Assembly: GCA_965216305.1 (NCBI GenBank)
Contig: OZ244144.1
Location: 3,692,429-3,756,428, forward strand
Direction: 5' to 3'
Source of the DNA: Gammaproteobacteria bacterium
GTDB lineage: Bacteria; Pseudomonadota; Gammaproteobacteria; Ga0077536
DNA length: 64,000 bases
Shown here: positions 60,415-64,000 of the stretch, in pieces
Layout of the letters: each line of letters starts with the position of its first letter
Numbering within the stretch: the stretch's first letter is position 1
Translations under genes and position numbers: made by a program
The notes under the pieces: model-generated
Database searches by the model: none
Told to the model about the DNA's origin: nothing
The model's input: only the letters and a program-made list of their open reading frames with translations

Positions 60415-61353
60415 TCATTCGACGAACATCGAACTCAGCGACTGACCTTCGTCGATCCGGTTGATGCTCTCACCGATCAGTTCAGCCACGGTGAGTACCC
60501 GGATCCTGTCGCACTCGAGCGCGCGCGCGGACAGCGGAATCGTGTCGGTGACAACGACTTCATCGAGCGCCGAATCCGCGATGTTGTCGAGCGCCACGCC
60601 GGACAACACGGCATGGGTGCAATATGCGACGACTTTCCGTGCGCCGCGTTCTTTCAGTGCCGCTGCCGCCTTGCACAAGGTACCCGCGGTGTCGACCATG
60701 TCGTCGACGAGCACGCAGCTGCGATCCGCGACGTCACCAATCACGTTCATCACCTGGGCTTCGTTCGCGCGCGGCCTGCGCTTGTCGATAATGGCGAGAT
60801 CCGCATTTCCCAGCCGCCGTGCCAGGGCGCGCGCACGCACCACCCCGCCGATATCCGGCGAAACGACAATCAGCTCGGGATACTGTTGTTTCCACATATC
60901 GCCGAGCAAAACCGGCGAGGCGTAGATATTGTCCATGGGCATATCGAAAAAGCCCTGGATCTGATCCGCGTGCAGGTCCACGGTAAGTACGTGGTCGGTA
61001 CCGACACTCGCGATCATATTGGCGACAACTTTTGCCGTGATCGGCACGCGCGCGGAACGCGTGCGGCGATCCTGCCGCGCGTAACCGAGGTACGGGATAA
61101 CCGCGGTAATGTGTGACGCGGATGCTCTGCGCAAGGCGTCGATAAGCACGAGCAGTTCGATCAGATTGTCATTCGTCGGACGACAAATGGACTGCACGAC
61201 AAAGATGTCCCGCCCGCGTACGTTTTCCTCGATCTCGACGCTCACCTCACCATCGCTGAAGCGACCGACAGCAACCTTGCCCAGGCGCACCTGCAGATAC
61301 GCGGCGACGGCGCGCGCGAACTCGGGATGCGCATTACCGGCGAAGAGCATCAT
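60415..61353 (-). CDS. prs: Ribose-phosphate pyrophosphokinase
   Basis: [54 protein letters not shown]. Confidence 0.96.
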   Translation of the reverse strand: MMLFAGNAHPEFARAVAAYLQVRLGKVAVGRFSDGEVSVEIEENVRGRDIFVVQSICRPTNDNLIELLVLIDALRRASASHITAVIPYLGYARQDRRTRSARVPITAKVVANMIASVGTDHVLTVDLHADQIQGFFDMPMDNIYASPVLLGDMWKQQYPELIVVSPDIGGVVRARALARRLGNADLAIIDKRRPRANEAQVMNVIGDVADRSCVLVDDMVDTAGTLCKAAAALKERGARKVVAYCTHAVLSGVALDNIADSALDEVVVTDTIPLSARALECDRIRVLTVAELIGESINRIDEGQSLSSMFVE

Positions 61354-61895
61354 CGCGACGTCGCCCCCCGCGTTCGAGCCGGCATGGACGGCAGCGCAGC
61401 ATGAGAATTGCGAAATACCATCGGCATGATGCCGGTGTGCACCGATCCACCGCGTGTGCCGACACGATCCAGCCCGGCTGCCCGCTCGGTGTGCGCGTTT
61501 CGCGCGCCCGCGGCGAGGTCTGCTTCGCACCGGCACCAGCGGCTTTCGTTGCGGGCCGGCCAGTGGCGGCCCGGATTGACGTTCGCCCTTGAGCGCAGTG
61601 CCCCGCGCGGTTTGGTAGCGTGCCGGGTGTACCCGCGATTCATCACCGGGGCTTGTGCTGTGGCGTCACGGCACGGAAGGATTGTGTTCGACATGGTCGT
61701 CATTCCGGTTGTTGGCAGAGCCTGGCATTCGCGTCCTTGCCGCCAATCCGCCGACTGGATAGCGGTGGTCCGCAGCGTTGTCAGCGACGCGATCACGCCG
61801 CAGTGGCGCTTGCACGACGCAAGCGGAGAACGCTGCCGGGCGCGACGGCAAGCGGCTCTGCCCGCCGGCACCCCGCGAAGCCGCGTCGTACCGAG

Positions 61896-61909
61896 TAGAA
61901 ACGATTATA
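61896..61909. promoter_or_regulatory. LacI-family operator-like site 3
   Basis: TAGAAACGATTATA, upstream of prs. Confidence 0.6.
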
Positions 61910-62072
61910 TTACGATATAGGGAAGCCGCGGGACGGTCAAGCAAGGTGCCGCAACGGCGCCGCGGCAACGATCGCGGCGCGCAAGCCAGGAACCTCAGCA
62001 CCCGGCCCGCTTGCGCATACCGCACCCCGCCGTTACCGTCGGTGCGCACCCGCCGCGCCGGCTCTACCGCTC

Positions 62073-63014
62073 TCAAAAGCGCTCGAGATGTGCGATTAAC
62101 AGATCGAAAACACCCGCCGCATCGACCTCATATACCCATGCTGCATTCGCCATGCTTGGGGTCACGCCCCAGAAATCAACCGCGGTGTGTCCCATGGTCA
62201 GTGGGGATTGCGTTTCCACCGCGACGAAACAATCGCGCGCGGCGAACAGTTCAGGTCGCAACAACCAGGCGAGCGTGCACGGATCGTGCAGGGGCACCGC
62301 GCCGTCGCCGAATCGTTCGCTGCCGGTGCGCGCATAGAAGTCCAGCATGCGCCGGGTTGCGCGTGCGGGTTCGTTGTCGATCCGTCCAATCCGTTCACGC
62401 ACCGCACGCGACACCAGTACCTGATGCGTTGCGTCGAGGCCGAGCATCGTGATCGGACGACCACACTCGAGCACGATTTCGGCAGCATGGGGATCGAGCA
62501 AAAAATTGAACTCCGCCGACGGCGAATAATTCCCGGCCTCACGCATAGCCCCGCCCATGACGACGATTTCCGCAATTTTCCGCCGAATTTCGCGATCGCG
62601 TGTGAGCGCCGTCGCCGCATTCGTCAACGGCCCGGTCAGCACGAGGGTGGTGGCATTGTCCGGCCGAGCGCGCAATGTCCGAATAATGAAGTCGACCGCG
62701 TGGCGGGATTCAAGCGGATGTCGCGGCGTGATGGTGTCGATCTCGCCGAACCCCGTGGGGCCATGTATCAGCTCGGCGGTTATCAGTTCGCGTTGCAACG
62801 GGCCGGTGCAGCCCGCGAATACGGGAATGTCCTCGCGCCTGGCGATATCACAGACGTGCCGTGCATTGCGCTGCGTCAATTCCAGCGGCACATTCCCGGC
62901 CACCGTCGTGATGCCAAGAATGTCGAGTTGGTCCCGCGCGGCCATCGCGAGGAATAAACCGATCGCATCGTCGAGACCCGGATCGCAATCGATGATGACA
63001 GCACGCCGGTTCAT
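62073..63014 (-). CDS. Nucleoside hydrolase (IU-NH family)
   Basis: DCDPGLDD, TTVAGN, HG..G, GPLTN.A, MGG, AEFN..DP.AA, LHDP. Confidence 0.95.
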   Translation of the reverse strand: MNRRAVIIDCDPGLDDAIGLFLAMAARDQLDILGITTVAGNVPLELTQRNARHVCDIARREDIPVFAGCTGPLQRELITAELIHGPTGFGEIDTITPRHPLESRHAVDFIIRTLRARPDNATTLVLTGPLTNAATALTRDREIRRKIAEIVVMGGAMREAGNYSPSAEFNFLLDPHAAEIVLECGRPITMLGLDATHQVLVSRAVRERIGRIDNEPARATRRMLDFYARTGSERFGDGAVPLHDPCTLAWLLRPELFAARDCFVAVETQSPLTMGHTAVDFWGVTPSMANAAWVYEVDAAGVFDLLIAHLERF

Positions 63015-63289
63015 AGCGGGGAATGGCGCCGCGACGCCGGGTTTGCGCTTGTAAGCCGGCTCGGCAGGGCAACGCCGTGCGGCGGGACCGGGGGCGCCCC
63101 GCGTCTATTGTCCGGGAGGGTCCGGCCCTTCGCGGCAGCTGCCCGCCTGTCGCTGATGGATGACTGTGAACACGCGTGGCCGACCATGGGTCGCGTGCCG
63201 GTCGCCGCGCGCCGCCGCGGGCCGCCCCGGTGATGCCTGTATGAGTCGCTCATTCCAACCCCGTTCTGTCGTGACAGTAATGCGTTCGT

Positions 63290-63303
63290 AATAAACGATT
63301 CTA
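63290..63303. promoter_or_regulatory. LacI-family operator-like site 4
   Basis: AATAAACGATTCTA, upstream of the nucleoside hydrolase. Confidence 0.55.
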
Positions 63304-63685
63304 ACCGTTTACGACCCTGAACAAACACCGTCTTCGCGCCCCGTCCCGGCGACCCTTGGCCACATGAGGATGACGTCGAGGCGATGATCGCGACATGCTC
63401 CGGCGGCCCGTGCCCGCGCGCCGTGCCCGAATCGGCGCCGGTGCCCCCGACAGTGCGCGGCCGTACGCTGGAGACCGCTAAACAGCGGGATATTCCGTCG
63501 GGTCGGGAAACACCGTCACAACCGCGGACGCCGCCGGCGGCTGGCTCCCGGAGGCCAGACGAATACCGTTTCATGCTCGCTTGCGGACGTTCACGGGCAC
63601 CGCCCGGGCAGGTTTTCAGGCGCAGGAGATGACGCGTGCCGGATCGCTGCGCCGTCTTGACGATGGCATCTCGGGTCGATTAAAG

Positions 63686-63699
63686 TAGAAACGAATCTA
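63686..63699. promoter_or_regulatory. LacI-family operator-like site 5
   Basis: TAGAAACGAATCTA, upstream of a gene that appears to start at the window end (TAAGGAGG then AT at 63999). Confidence 0.65.
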
Positions 63700-64000
63700 C
63701 TCGAGCTTCGACGGCATCCCAGACCGGCAATCCAGTCTGCACGGAACGGACCTCTGAGTGACGGCAGCTGACTGGGCACAACCCACACCGGAGACAACGC
63801 TATGGCAGGGACAAATCCGCGGCCGCCGCGTGCCACCGGTCGAGAGTTATCGCATCCCCATCATCCGCATCTCGACGTGCGCCCCAACCCTTTGATTGTG
63901 CGGGCAGTTTCGGCACGGCCGCGATGACGTACGGCGCACGTAATTATTCACCTGCGCCGCCTGCTGTGGCGAATCAACCTTAAGGAGGCAGAAGAGCAAT

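Overview
GC-rich accessory region, probably from a free-living gammaproteobacterium (judged from prs, the TonB/ExbBD-Fiu-PiuC genes and VPLPA/PEP-CTERM-type sorted proteins). No rRNA, tRNA, CRISPR array or intact transposase was seen. In order, the window holds: small catabolic and stress genes; a GAPDH-ArsJ arsenate detoxification pair behind a Pho-box-like promoter; a TetR/SRPBCC/VOC cluster; an AhpD/CMD-family gene with an in-frame UGA in a CxxU motif followed by a SECIS-like hairpin (probable selenoprotein); a five-gene DUF11 operon (17.7-26.7 kb); an SLC13 transporter; a Fur-regulated TonB/Fiu/PiuC locus; a P450-molybdoenzyme-ferredoxin/reductase cluster; a HisD-homologue catabolic operon; NupC; an orphan Rap1a-like gene; a DUF1329-MMPL-DUF1302 envelope transport trio; a stand-alone prs; and a nucleoside hydrolase. 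The strongest candidates for new biology are three. (1) The DUF11 operon has split domains that suggest a donor-strand-complemented, possibly isopeptide-crosslinked surface fibre with a tip, shaft subunits and an outer-membrane barrel anchor. (2) Five copies of a LacI-type palindrome (consensus about TAGAAACGWTTCTA) tie the DUF1329/MMPL/DUF1302 system to nucleoside/ribose salvage. (3) The CxxU selenoprotein. A structured repeat of about 163 bp occurs twice in inverted orientation, 19 kb apart. All family calls come from motif recognition by eye; no searches were run.
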